Source of the DNA: Octopus bimaculoides | Lineage: Eukaryota | Assembly (NCBI RefSeq): GCF_001194135.2 | Contig: NC_068982.1 | Coordinates: 155,171,505-155,235,504, forward strand | Length of the DNA stretch: 64,000 bases | Reading direction: 5' to 3' | Part shown: piece by piece, positions 26,801 to 38,445 of the stretch | Layout of the letters: each line of letters begins with the position of its first letter | How positions within the stretch are numbered: the stretch's first letter is position 1 | Position numbers and translations under genes: made by a program | Notes under the pieces: model-generated | Database searches by the model: none | What the model saw: only the letters and a program-made list of their open reading frames with translations | Told to the model about the DNA's origin: nothing

Positions 26801-29800
26801 TTCAGCGTGACACAATGTGACAAGGCTGGCCCTTTAAATTACAGGCACAAAAGAAACAGGAAGTAAGAGTGAGAGAAAGTTGTGGTGAAAGAGTACAGCA
26901 GGATTCGCCACCATCCCCTGCCAGAGCCTCGTGGAGTTTAGGTGTTTTCGCTCAGTAAACACTCACAACGCCCGGTCTGGGAATCGAAACCGCGATCCTA
27001 TGACTGTGAGTCCACTGCCCTAACCAGTGGGCCATTGCACCTCCAGTAACTTTGTCATTATTCACAGAATATATCATAACGAAAGTTTCTTACACAAAAT
27101 TATTATTTAATTTATGTTATCAATTTCCCTGAAAGCCATGACATACTGAGAAAGAGTATATAATATCGCATATATGTAAGACAAAACAAAATCACAACAA
27201 AAATCTAAAAAATAGAATGGAATAAAGGTTTGGATAAAGAAAAATGTTTCTGTTGTTAAAACTTTCTATAACCTCAATGATGTGGAAGATCTTATTTAAG
27301 ATTGATGAGCCTTGAAAATAAATTGCATCTCCAGCCCTGTAGCTTTTTAAACCAGTTGTAATTTTAATATAAATTTTTTAAAACAGTTTTGTATCATGGG
27401 AACAGAAAAAAATCTCAAGTAGAATGACATCAAAAGGATTAAGCAAAGAGATGAGAAAGAAGACCACAAAATCACAAAAATTTGAGCTGAGGAAAAGAAA
27501 ATTTGGGAATAGACATGCTTGTTATAGTAAAATGGTGCTTTAGCTGTTCTAAAAACATTATTTTAAGGAGTGTAGTTTCAGCCATTCAGCTGAGGCCATG
27601 CTGGGACACCATTATATAAATAGGTTTGTTTTTTTTTCATACATATTATTCAGTGTCAAGTGTAAGAAATAATCCTATAACATCTCTGTCTTCTCCTTAT
27701 ACATGTCAAATTAGGATTATTAATATAAAACAAGAAACCTAGATTGGATGAAAGTTCTAGGGGGATGGAGTTGTAATTCTCGGATGGCAGGACTGGTAAG
27801 TGCATTATACAGATGTAGAGAATGATACATATTAAGTATGGCAGAAGGAAAATCAGATGAAATGAATGAACTTGTTGACTGAGTAGACTTATGATGAAAG
27901 ACATTACAGTTGTGACAATCATATTTTTGGGGTAATAACTGTGTATGTAGAACTACATTATCTTATTTAAAATAGTAGAATGCAATTTGAGGGAGATTTA
28001 GCTGTTATTTCTAGCTGATTAAACAACCATATAGAGAAGTAAGTAACATAGTAGACATAGCAGTGAAAGAAAATGGACACTGTGTGATTCAGATATTTGC
28101 TTCACAATCACATGATAGCAGGTTCAATCCCCCTATACAGTATCATAGGAAAGTGATTTTTATAACAGCCTCAGCTCAACCCAACTGTTGTGAATGATAC
28201 TGAGTCAATGGAAATGTGCAAAAGCTCATCAAATGGACTGTACCTGTTCATGGGAAATGTTAGACCAAATCTGCTACTGAGTTTAAAACGTCCCACTTAA
28301 CCCTTGAGTATCTTTTAATGGAGTTTATTGTTTCAGACATTAACACTAAAATCTCCAGTCTGAAGATAAGATCTTCCTCTCTTCTACAAGGCACAGAAAC
28401 CCAACAGAAAAGTCACTGCTGCTGATTTTAATCTTTTGGTTGAGTCATATAAAAAAGAAGAAGAAATGCACAGCACTTTTCAGGATGGGCGATAGCTTTA
28501 GCTGTATTGCTGTTTAGCCCTAGGTCAGTCTTGACAGAGGAAATATAATCAAAAGCATTCCAACCATGATCATTATATCTTTTTTATTTCAGTCATCTAG
28601 GAGTGAACTGTCCAACATATCCTTCCCATTTTTTAAGGGAATTGATCTGAAACTAAACAACAACAAACTTATCCCATTTGTTTCAATTTCTTTTACCATA
28701 CTTACACTACCAAGAACTTAACAATCTTTGCACCCCAATATACATTCTTCTAGAACTTCTATTGGGTTGTCCAGAAAGTTTGTGCCAATTTTTAAAGGAA
28801 AGAAAAAGGTCAATAAATACTTGCCATTACATTTTTAATCAACCAAATATGAACCATTTTGTTGCACAATGCATCTCTATTTTTCCTTTAACTTGAAAAT
28901 ACCCTTTTCGCAGAATTGAGGTGGTTTCATGGCAAATAAGTCGAAAGGTAAGCTACTATAAAACGGCATGAACTTTCCAGACAACCCGATATTTGAAAAG
29001 GATATGGCTCCTGTTCAGCAACCATATAGAGGCTCCTTTTGTTTGTAGAGGTAGAATCAAGAATCCATCTTATTTCCCCACCTCTGCCTACTTATTTCCA
29101 AAATTTTCTCTATCATAAATATAATTAGTGAAAAAATTCAGACAGATTTATGTTCCTATTCCAAAGCTACAAAAATATCCTCAATTCTGGTTTCCCCACC
29201 ACCACCACGACCATCACCACTAAACATGAAAAACATGTCAACTTACGGTTCAGACATCCATAATTCGTCATGAACATTAGAAGGGGAGTGAAAATAAAAC
29301 CCTGTACGTTTGATGCAGCTTTTTGCAATTTTGCCCAAACGATCCATAACACTGCAATCTTTCCTGAAATTAAAAGCAAAATGAGGAAATTTAAACAATT
29401 TACAAGTCCCCCTATATTATTCATTTTACACATGTGTTCACAGACACATACNNNNNNNNNNNNNNNNNNNNNNNNNNNNNNNNNNNNNNNNNNNNNNNNN
29501 NNNNNNNNNNNNNNNNNNNNNNNNNNNNNNNNNNNNNNNNNNNNNNNNNNNNNNNNNNNNNNNNNNNNNNNNNNNNNNNNNNNNNNNNNNNNNNNNNNNN
29601 NNNNNNNNNNNNNNNNNNNNNNNNNNNNNNNNNNNNNNNNNNNNNNNNNNNNNNNNNNNNNNNNNNNNNNNNNNNNNNNNNNNNNNNNNNNNNNNNNNNN
29701 NNNNNNNNNNNNNNNNNNNNNNNNNNNNNNNNNNNNNNNNNNNNNNNNNNNNNNNNNNNNNNNNNNNNNNNNNNNNNNNNNNNNNNNNNNNNNNNNNNNN

Positions 29801-32785
29801 NNNNNNNNNNNNNNNNNNNNNNNNNNNNNNNNNNNNNNNNNNNNNNNNNNNNNNNNNNNNNNNNNNNNNNNNNNNNNNNNNNNNNNNNNNNNNNNNNNNN
29901 NNNNNNNNNNNNNNNNNNNNNNNTACACACACAAGGGTGTGCTGAAAAGTTTCTGGCTTTAAGAGAATTGTGAAAGGCCTGGTTGAAAGCCCAACCTTTC
30001 AAGTTTTTTTACAGGGCTTAGAAAAACTGAAGGATGACTGCAATAAGTGTGTGAATCTGAGAGGGGAATATATGGGATAGAAACATAATCAACTGATCCT
30101 CTAGTATTTTCTTTTACCCAAAACCAGGAACTCTTCAGTACCCACTCATGTGTGTGTTTTATACATATATATATATATATATATACAATTTTAAGGTATA
30201 TCCTGCTGACCCCCTCGCCCAGTTGACTCGGCTGGACTTAATCAAGTCCCATCTTGCATCACTGCAGTAGCAAACCACTGATCTGCCTTCTTTATACAAA
30301 GCCACCTAGTGGACTTCTCTGCAACTTCAGTGATGGAGTTTATAGTCGTCCTCTTTGTTTTTAATTTGTTTTGCAAGAATGTTATCATTCAGATTATTTT
30401 GTCAAATGTAAGGCTTATTCATCCATATTTTTAGGAATTAATCATGCATTACCTCATAGCTCTGAGATTTTGATGTGGTTGTTTATCTTTAGAATGACAT
30501 TGTTGGGCAAGTATGAGAGGCCAGATCTGGCCAGTTTAAACATTAAACAGGTAGAATATTTGGGCTGGCTTTGGATGGTTTAAATGCTAAAAGATTAAAG
30601 GAAGGACACACATGTAAGATAATGTGGCCCTAGACGCACACCACATCTGAATAAAAAAAAAAACTAGTTTGAAAGTTTTTGATCATGTGTCTGCTTGATC
30701 AGAATTGTCTAAGGTCTAATCAACACCAAACTTACTACACTAGACTGCCATACATTTACCATTATATTACACCACAATTATATTGCATTATTGTTTCTTA
30801 TATATATGGATATCACAAGCAATAAAGTAAATTTTAATGATTCTCACTTACTTCTTACTAACACCTGCCATATCAAAACCAATGTACTGTATGTTGTGTG
30901 AATAGGCTAAGAACTGGTTGAGATACTCAATAGCACTTATAAATTCTTTGGTCAATATACTTTCATGGCGCCGTTTCTCTCGACGCTGAAAATAGAAAAC
31001 ACTCAAAAACTGAAGCATGATAAAGAACACAGTAGAAGTACTTAACAGACTAAAATGTAATGAGAGAAGTAGCAGAAGTTGTAATCGGTAGTCTGATTGT
31101 CTAACCCAAAGTCAACTCTAATGCAACTGATCTATGATGAAAGGCATTCTAACAGTGATCATCCTGTCTTTTACTATTTTGAGGCATGATGTATCTAAGA
31201 GTATATTATTTTTGACACGCATCTTTTTTCTTAAGATGGTAAAGTGTAGTTCGAGGAAAATTTGGGTGTTATTTCAAGCAAGTCAAATGAGTGTGGAAAA
31301 ACAAAACATGAGTGATGGAATAATCATCATCATCGTTTAACATCCGCCTTCCATGCTGGCATATAGGTGAATATTTCTCCATTAAAGGCCTTAGCTTTTA
31401 TATGGTTGCTTGACATGCTAGAAACAACAGCAAAATCTTCCTCACATCATACACAACCATCTTTAAAAGTTAAATGATATATAAAGCATTAAGAAGTTAA
31501 CTAGAAATAATTATGCAGTAAGGAAGAAAATGTTATTAATCTACAGCTAAATTATTCTAATTTTCCCAGAAAATACAGGACACATTTCAATCTTATTGTG
31601 ACTTCATCAACAATGTGCAACCCGCATTGTAATTCCTAAAGCTTTCAGTCCAACAGACAGTAAAAAAGTACGTATGTCAAGAATAGCTCTGTAGTTAAGA
31701 AGTTTGCTTTGCAATTATGGAATTTGGGGTTCAATCCCACAACAGGATACTTTAGGTAAGTGTCATTTGCCATAGTCTTGGGTCAACCAAAGCCTTGTGA
31801 GTGAACTATGACAAATGGAAACTCTATGGAAATCTGTCAGAGAATGATTCCCATTTTTAGGTGGCGGACTTAATCCATCACCTGATTTAACACCATCACT
31901 TGTCCCATAGGAGCCTGAAGAGGACTCCACTCAATTGCAAGCATTTGGTTTATGTGAGACAACTTGCTGCCACCTCCCTTCATTTTCCAAGGCTCTTAAC
32001 AAAAGGGATCATAGGTACTGTCCTTCTTCTTTTCACTAAGCCATTAAAAACTTTAAAATAAATATAAAAATAAAAACGACCATAAAGATTATGTCATTGT
32101 ATAAATTCTCTCTGAGTAATCAAACACAGCATAGGAAATCAGACAACAAATGAGACAAAAGAGTACTATATATGTTGACACACACAGCCTTTGTTTCAAT
32201 AATTTTTGAAAATGATGAAGAATTTAATAAAATAACTGTCCTTACTGAGTGGATTTTTAGAACATAAACTGTCACAAAATTTATATGGAAGCATTTAATT
32301 TAAATCACTTTAAAACAGGAAGTATGTATCGTACAATCAGAGACAGTCTTGAGTGGGTTGGTAACAAAAGAGTTAAATTTAATTAATTGGATTACTTTTT
32401 TATTGGTTCTAACAAATGTATGTGATCATGTTGGGACACGTATAAAAAACAAAACCCTTTAAAATGCAATAAACAACTATTACAAGAAATAATGAGTATA
32501 AATTTGAATGCTACAGAACGCTCACCTTCACCAAGTTAAGAACAATAATAGGAGCTCCAAATCGCTTTATAACATCATTGAAATGTTGACCAGCAACAAA
32601 AGCATAAGGGTCTGCTTGATCGACTGAAAGGTAGGAGAGAGAAGTAAATCATTAAGTAATACAGTATTACCTCGGTTTTTAAACAACTCTGATTATGAAT
32701 AAATCATGCTTTATCTCCTGTCTTTCTCATATTCATTTAATACAGTAGTACTTCGGTTTACAAACACCTCTGATCATAAATAGTG

Positions 32786-32844
<59 letters not shown>

Positions 32845-35770
32845 CGAAATCGTGATGGCACCTGTGCCCAGCGTCGCCTTTCTGGCACTTGTGCCCGCAG
32901 CATGTGTAAGGACTTTCGAGCGAGATCGTTGCCAATGCCCCTGGACTGGCTCTTGTGCGAGTGGCACATAAAATACACCATTTTGAGCGTGGCCGTTGCC
33001 AGTACCGCCTGACTGGCCTTCATGCCGGTGGCACGTAAAAGCACCCACTACACTCTCGGAGTGGTTGGCGTTAGGAAGGGCATCCAGCTGTAGAAACTCT
33101 GCCAAATCAGATTGGAGCCTGGTGTAGCCATCAAGTTTCACCAGTCCTCAGTTGAATCATCCAACCCATGCTAGCATGGAAAGCAGACTTTAAACGATGA
33201 TGATGATGATATATATATATATATATAAAGCACGATTTATTCCTGACCAGAGTAGTTCGAAAACTGGGGTACTACTGTACTACCATTTTAGCTTATTGGT
33301 AAAATAAGGTTCTATTTGTACCTTGGGTTATGAAGATATGATGATTTCAAATCAGCACTTGGTGCTTAACATCCACTTCTAATTACACAATGACTTCAAG
33401 AATATACATGTCCTTACAAACAGAATAAATCAACACAAATACGTTTTCCTAGAAAAAAAACAACTAATGTTAAAATTACTTCTTTTTTTTTTAATGTCCC
33501 ACCCTTATCGGCTTAGAAAAATGGGTGTAATGATACTATGACGACGATGAGATAGAGGATGAAGAGGGTGGTGGTGGTGGTGGTGGTGGTGGTGGTGGTG
33601 GTGACAGCAGCAGCAGCAGCCACAGGCCACGAGGTTAGAATATTGTATTATTGGCCACTAAGTCATAAGTTCATACCCTACAACAGCTTGCTTACTACCC
33701 TCAGGCCATCTGGATAAAATATAGGTGCAACACACCAGCTTCACAGCTGAATTTCTGGCAAAAAGAACTGAAACTGCAACAGTTCAGTATTGGGAAATAC
33801 TCAAATACATAAAAACTGCATCTCAAAAACTGTGACTAACATAAAGCTGGTCACTAACATACACTAACTTGGACCCACAGAGGTGCTGTCTTCTCTCTGC
33901 CTTTTCTGATACTACTATAATGACCTCTGCTACTCAAAGTTGACTGGTTTCATGTCATCTCCACTCAGACACTCCCACCTTATTTCTCTCTCTTCCTCCC
34001 ATTACCCATACTGTTTCCACCACTCAAACAACTATACCCGTCCTTTCCTTCAGATAATGTCACTTCACAGGAATTCCTTTCTATTTTTTTTCTTCCCGCT
34101 ACTATTGGTCTGCAAATGTTCAAACGGAATTTTAAGAACATCAAGCTCACCAGCCTTGGAAGGCCTGCAAAGGCCATGAACACATATCCTTCCAATCCAT
34201 CACACCAATCAAAGATGAAAATACTGTACCAGTAAAAAGGTAAGCACTGCTGTCATTCAAGAGCAAGTCTGACTTGGTAACTTGTACCATGCTTTCATTA
34301 ATCAGTTTTGTTGCCTGTGTAGTCACAAGCAGACATTAACACTTTTCTGGCTCTCCCACCCTTAACCCAGCAGAACAACTAGAATGTGAAGCAAGAGGGA
34401 GAGAGGGTTGTACCAGTACTGGAGTGGTACTTTCATTTTCAGCAGAAGGAATTGGTGCAACATAATGTGAAGCGATTTTCTCAATGTGCCACCTGGTCCA
34501 GGAACTGAACCTACAATATTATGCTTGTGATCCTAACACCCTAACCACAAGGCCATACACCTTCACACTGTACTGATACCAGTGAAAAATGCACGGAAAA
34601 GACTTTTTGAAATATATGAAAGCTGCTAGCACTCTACGTAACATTATTCTTCTTCTAGAATAGAGAGTATAGTCCCTTCAACTAGCCATGATTAATACTT
34701 ATTTTATGAATACCTTAGAGATGAAATGCAAAGTTCTTTACTGACAGGATTTAAATTTAGGATGTTGACAAAACTCAGTTCTAAAACCATCAAATGAGAA
34801 AGGCTACAGTCAGTAATCAGCATTTGACAGGTATGTATTTTATCTAAGCCATAAGAATGTAAGGCTTGTAAATTTTGACATGACTTGAACTCATAACATA
34901 AAGTGCTGTAATTAAATATTACAAGGAATTTTATCCATTACTCTACAGACACTACCAATTTACCATCATTCCAAAGTTAGATATTGATAAAGAAAGTAAG
35001 AAATAAAATATAATTGCCTTAAAAACATATACATATGTGTTTACAGAACTTACCAACAATTTGAGGCTTGGGAACCATTTTTGAAATATCTTGAGACCAG
35101 AACAAAGGTATGGAACCTCGGAGTTGCACAAAAGACGAAACACAAGCAGAATTCAGGAATGTTACTGAAGCATCATGGACAATTTGTTCTGTTTCAACTT
35201 CATTTGCTACTGCACCCTACAAATAGAAAAGAGATCCAATGCTTATATAGCTGATGATAATGGAGCTTTCTATATGAATTTTACACAGCGTTTGAAATAT
35301 ATACAAAATGATTATTATTTATTCAGAGTAGTATTTGACTGGCAAGTAACTCGATCTGGGACCATGCATAGAAATTCAAGCAGCTACAACATGGAAGAGT
35401 CATTTAATTATACACAAGGCTGTTAAATTCACTTTAAATTTATTTCGTGAGTTCTGCTGTTATGTGATGAAAACTTTGACATCTCATGAAATAAATTTGA
35501 AGTGAATTTAGCAGCTTTCTGTGATATATAATGGTTTATTCACAATGTAATTGTAATTCCATATTTTACAGCTTTCTATCACTGAACCTGTGGCCATATC
35601 AGGGTAACCCCTTCTCAGCGTTGATTATTGTCAAGTATATCCAACTTAAGAAAGATGCAAAGGTAGAGTGGATCTGGTTGGGCATTGAATTTGTAATGTA
35701 GAGAGACATAAACTAAATATTACGAAGTATTTTCTCCAAGCTCTACCAATTCTTCTCTCCACCTCCAATG

Positions 35771-35804
<34 letters not shown>

Positions 35805-38160
35805 NNNNNNNNNNNNNNNNNNNNNNNNNNNNNNNNNNNNNNNNNNNNNNNNNNNNNNNNNNNNNNNNNNNNNNNNNNNNNNNNNNNNNNNNNCATCGTC
35901 GTTTAAAGTCTGCTTTCCATGCTGGCATGAGTTGGACGGTTTGACTGAGGACTGGTGAGCCAGAAGGCTGCACCAGGCTCCAATCTGATCTGGCAAAGTT
36001 TCTACAGCTAGATGCCCTTCCTAATGCCAACCACTGAGAATGTAGTGGGTGCTTTTACGTGCCATCGGCACGAGGACCAGTCGGGCAGTTCTGGCAACGA
36101 CCATGCTCCAAAGGTGTTTTTTACATGCTACCTGCACAGGAGCCAGTCTGGCGGCACTGGCAACAAACATGCTCAAATGTTGTTTTTCACATGCCACCAG
36201 TACATGTGTAAGTAAGGTGATGTTGGCAACGATCATGCTTGAATGGTGCTTTTTACGTGCCACCGGCACGGGAGCCAATCAGCGACCCTGGCAATGATCA
36301 CACTCAGATGGTGCTTTTAACGTTCCACCGGCACGAGTGCTAATCAGGCGGGACTGTCATCGGCCACATCAGCGATTTTGATCTTGGTTTCACTTGCCTC
36401 AACAAGTCTTTGCAAGCAAAGTTTATTGTCCAATGAATGAGGGGTACTCATAAGTGGGCTGGTTACACCCACGAGCATAGGCCATGGGTTATGGTCTCAC
36501 TTGGCTTGTTGGGTCTTCTCATGCACAGCATATCTCCAAAGGTCTCAGTCACTAGTCATTGCCTCAGTAAGGCCCAATGTTCGAAGGTTGTGCTTCACCA
36601 CCTCATCCCAGGTCTTCCTGGGTCTACCTCTTCCACAGGTTCCCTCAACTGCTAGGGATGTTAGACACTTTTTCACACAGTTGTCCTCATTCATTCGCAA
36701 CACATGACCATACCAGCGCAGTTATCTCTCTTGCACACCACATCTGATACTTCTTAAATCCAACTTTTCTCTCAGGGCACTTATGTAAAAGAGAATAAAG
36801 AGAATAAAGAGAATAAAAGAGAATAAAGAAAATCTTACTCTGTTGTTGGCTCCTCTCTTTAAGAAACGAGTTCCAGCAAACTGATTTGACCGGCGACCAA
36901 TTAGGGTTAAATAAATAGGTTTACCAAATACACAAATATCTAAGAGAAGTTAAGGAGAACAGAATGACAGTGTTGTAAATTCAGTGACCCTTTATTGCCA
37001 CTATTCTTACAACTACATACTAAATAAGCTAAAGAGGACCTTCTAAGTAGTTACGTCACCTACAAGTAATAGTAGATTAATATCCCTCAAATTCACACCC
37101 AGTTGTTTTACAAAAACTAAAACTCATTGGATAATGTTGTCTTGGACACAATCAATTAATTCAATATGTCAAAATAAAAGATGAGATGATAGTCCCAATT
37201 GGGACCTTTCCTCATAGGTCTGTTACATCAAGGCTGATATGAGATGAAACAAAAAGGAGAGTGGTCACTTAACTTACAAGAAATATCAGTAAAATTTCCC
37301 TTAAATCACAGTTCAATCTTAAAAAAAATAAATGAAGGCAGTGAAATTTTCACACAATGATAAAACAAAAGGATATTGACTTGTCCAATAAAGCCATGTA
37401 TAATGTTGATAACCCAGTCTGAATGCACCATATCTTTACATGGCTGTTGAAGAGCTGCATTCCAAACAAATTTACTTGAAGCAACATTTTTCACTCCTAA
37501 AATACAGTCTGAAAGAAAGAAAGGAGAGAAAAAAGTAAAATTTATAATATTCCAAATAAAATATATGCTCTAGATTAGTTAGAAGAATGAATCAGAAACA
37601 CTTTTTTTAAAGTTATTACACCTATCAATATTCATTCACTCAAACCCTATCTTTCAGTTACTTAAGGTCTATCAAGTAGTGATAACAGCCATGCTATGCT
37701 GAGGAGGTCTAAGAAGCTTAAAAATCATTTAGCAAAGATCAGACTCATTCACCACTATGTTCCTCCATTCAATTTTTGCATAATTTAAATTTTGGAGATG
37801 TCTCCTTTGCCTTTCTTAGTATGAAACAATTTCTTGCTGACTTTAACTAATATTTTTGATTTATTACATTAAGCATGTTTGCATTAATTTAAGCACATTA
37901 GTTAAATTTGTTAATATAATTATGGCAAATAACGAGATTGGTAAAGATAAACATAATGAGGGTGAAAATAATATTTTTGAAAGCATAATCAGGTATGGTT
38001 GTGTAGTTAAAATTTTGCTTCCCAACCACATGATTCAAGATTCAGTCCCACTGCCTTCCATCATGGGTTAGTCTCTTCTACAACAACCCTGGGCCAACCA
38101 AAGCTTTGTGAGGGTATGTGGTAGATAGAAACTGATAGAAGCTCGTCACACACACAAGTA

Positions 38161-38204
<44 letters not shown>

Positions 38205-38396
38205 NNNNNNNNNNNNNNNNNNNNNNNNNNNNNNNNNNNNNNNNNNNNNNNNNNNNNNNNNNNNNNNNNNNNNNNNNNNNNNNNNNNNNNNNNNNNNNNN
38301 NNNNNNNNNNNNNNNNNNNNNNNNNNNNNNNNNNNNNNNNNNNNNNNNNNNNNNNNNNNNNNNNNNNNNNNNNNNNNNNNNNNNNNNNNNNNNNNN

Positions 38397-38445
<49 letters not shown>

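Noticed and set aside
36040-36360. Repeat-spacer pattern resembling a CRISPR array
   Set aside because: The 'spacers' are homologous to each other, the array sits in a retroposon UTR, the context is eukaryotic, and there are no cas genes.
36949-36950. AC of TCCTTAAC as the FIG4 intron 7 acceptor (which would make it AT-AC)
   Set aside because: In frame, but it would consume the only branch site and insert three residues not present in the FIG4 alignment.
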